From positions 124,001 to 188,000 of the forward strand of contig NW_026250441.1 in NCBI RefSeq assembly GCF_024521635.1: a DNA stretch of 64,000 nt, in the 5' to 3' direction. Shown piece by piece: positions 62,031-64,000 of this stretch; within the stretch, counting starts at the first letter, position 1, and each line of letters starts with the position of its first letter. The notes under the pieces were generated by a model, which searched no databases, was not told the origin of the DNA, and saw nothing but the letters and a program-made list of their open reading frames with translations. The translations under genes and the position numbers were made by a program. Source of the DNA: Tricharina praecox. Taxonomy: Eukaryota.

Positions 62031-64000
62031 GCCTGGACCAACAACCGCTTGATGGCACTGTTGTTGGTCGTACCCAGGATAAGTCTTTGTCTCCTATGTC
62101 CCCTATTTTTCGTTTGTCTAGTCTCTCAGTGTCAGGAATGGTTGTGGAAGAATCATCAATGGAAGGAAAACATCTTGTTGTATTGTGTAACCTTTCGTTT
62201 GGTGACAAAACTATTGCCACGCATGCGCTGATCGACTCTGGGGCAACCGGAATTGCATTTGTAGACAAAGACTTCGCCCGCCATCACCACCTACCCCTCG
62301 TACCCCTGAAATCCCCGCGAAGTCTCGAAGTCAACGATGGCCGTCCCATCGAGTCAGGCGACATCACACATGTTGCCACCACCACCCTGTCCATACAGGA
62401 ACACCACGAGCAAATCCCTATGTTTGTCACCAAACTAGGCCACTACCCCGTTGTACTCGGAATTCCCTGGATGGACCTCCACGATGTGGCCATCCGGTTC
62501 AGCTCCCGAACCCTCACCTTCGGCTCCCAATACTGCACAGCCAATTGCGATGCGGTGCCCACAGTTGCACATGGAATCACCACCGACCCGCCTGACGTAT
62601 CCACCTACGCTCTCGCGTCAAAAGCAGCTCAGCAAGAGCCAGCGGTAAGCGCGGGGGCCGGCGACATCGTGGCCCGCTACATTACGTCTCCCCCAAGGAA
62701 GAATCACCAAGAATGCACTAACCTTTCAAGGGAAAGCACAGTCAGAATCTCAGCCTTACAGATGGAGTCATTCCAAGAACTGGTCAACAAGGAGAGCCTC
62801 ACGATTTTCAACACCACGCTTGCCGAGGTCAACGGTGCACTGGAAGGAAACAAGGACCCCACGGCAAATATCCCTCACGAATACCAAGAATTCCTACCGC
62901 TGTTCTCTGAAGCACTTGCTCAGAACTTGCCCCCGCACCAACACTACGGCCATAAGATTCCACTCAAGGAGGGATTTACGTCACCATACGGACCACTGTA
63001 CTCACTTTCGAAAACGGAGCTTGTCGCACTGAAGGAATGACTTGACGACAACCTCAGCAAAGGTTTCATCCGTGCCTCTTCCTCTCCAGCAGCATCGCCA
63101 ATCCTGTTTGTCAAGAAATCGGATGGCTGCCTACGCCTGTGTGTGGATTACAGGGGCCTGAACGAAGGAACAATCAAGAATAGGTACCCACTCTCACTTC
63201 TCCAAGAAACTCTGATGCGGCTATCCGGGGCAAAATACTTCACCACCCTGGATATCCGCGGTGCCTACAACCTTGTGCGGATGGCGGAAGGAGAAGAGTG
63301 GAAAACTGCCTTCCGGACACGCTACGGGCTCTTCGAATCCCTCGTCATGCCCTTCGGCCTCACCAACGCCCCTGCCGACTTCCAAGCTCTGATCAACGAT
63401 GTGCTACGCCCGTTCCTCGACGACTTCTGTACCGCATTCATCGATGACGTCTTCATTTACAGCGGATCCTTAGATGAACACCGGAAACATGTCAGGAAAG
63501 TACTTCAGGCCTTATCAGCAGCCGGTCTACATCTCAAACCCGAAAAATGTCATTTCCACCAGACAGAAGTCAAGTATTTGGGACTGATCATTACAACAAA
63601 CGGGATCAAGATGGACCCAGCGAAAGTCTCCTGCATACTGGAATGGGAGGAGCCGAGTACCGTCACCGATGTGCAATGCTTTCTGGGATTTGCGAACTTC
63701 TACCGGCGATTCATCCAAGACTATTCCAAGGTGGTATCCCCATTGACAGCATTGACCAAGAAGGAGGATGGAAAGTATGTTCCCTTCATGTGGGGACCGG
63801 AACAGCAGAAAGCATTCGACGAACTAAAAACAGCATTCACCTCGGCCCCGATCATCCTGCACTTCGACTACGATCGGCAGATAGTAGTGGAAACTGATGC
63901 CTCCGACTACGTCTCTGCCAGAGTCCTATCTCAGTACACCAACGAGGGAATCCTGCACCCAGTGGCTTTCTATTCCAAGAAACACTCCCTCGCAGAATGC
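62024..64000 (+). pseudogene. pol: Ty3/Gypsy pol (protease, RT, start of RNase H), in-frame TGA at 63038-63040, runs off the window
   Basis: Protease ALIDSGATG. After the stop the same frame reads [34 protein letters not shown]...[28 protein letters not shown]...FIDDVFIYS...YLG...[12 protein letters not shown]...VETDASD...HPVAFYSKK. Confidence 0.93.

Overview
Eukaryotic DNA from a filamentous ascomycete, based on short GT-AG introns with CTRAC/CTAAY branch points, a Zn2Cys6 factor and a fungal Ty3/Gypsy element. Pezizomycetes is plausible but not provable from the sequence. Left end (1.5-7.9 kb): three ordinary spliced genes, a DUF1479/YbiU-Gig2-like oxygenase divergent from a Zn2Cys6 transcription factor, and an ERD2-like receptor. 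The most notable region is 8.3-16.9 kb: a degenerate tandem array of about 5 units of 1.2-2.4 kb. A complete unit carries (i) a tRNA-derived Pol III-type cassette (A box, B box, two hairpins, T-run), (ii) a conserved promoter-like block, (iii) a 51-56 aa micro-ORF with a perfect RanBP2-type zinc-finger signature W-x-C-x2-C-x3-N-x6-C-x2-C, too short to appear as such in the ORF track, and (iv) a highly conserved 3' element. Three ORFs are intact, one has a stop at codon 4, and a scrambled, partly inverted extra copy lies 35 kb away. The array ends at a hAT-like MITE with internal palindromes. 17-53 kb is a microsatellite-rich gene desert containing one recognisable gene, a two-repeat Myb/SANT-like regulator. 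An MFS transporter follows, then a Ty3/Gypsy element inserted into an older, oppositely oriented LTR of its own family. That element shows a Tf1-like self-priming signature and a canonical -1 frameshift heptamer. All coordinates were read by hand and no database searches were run.
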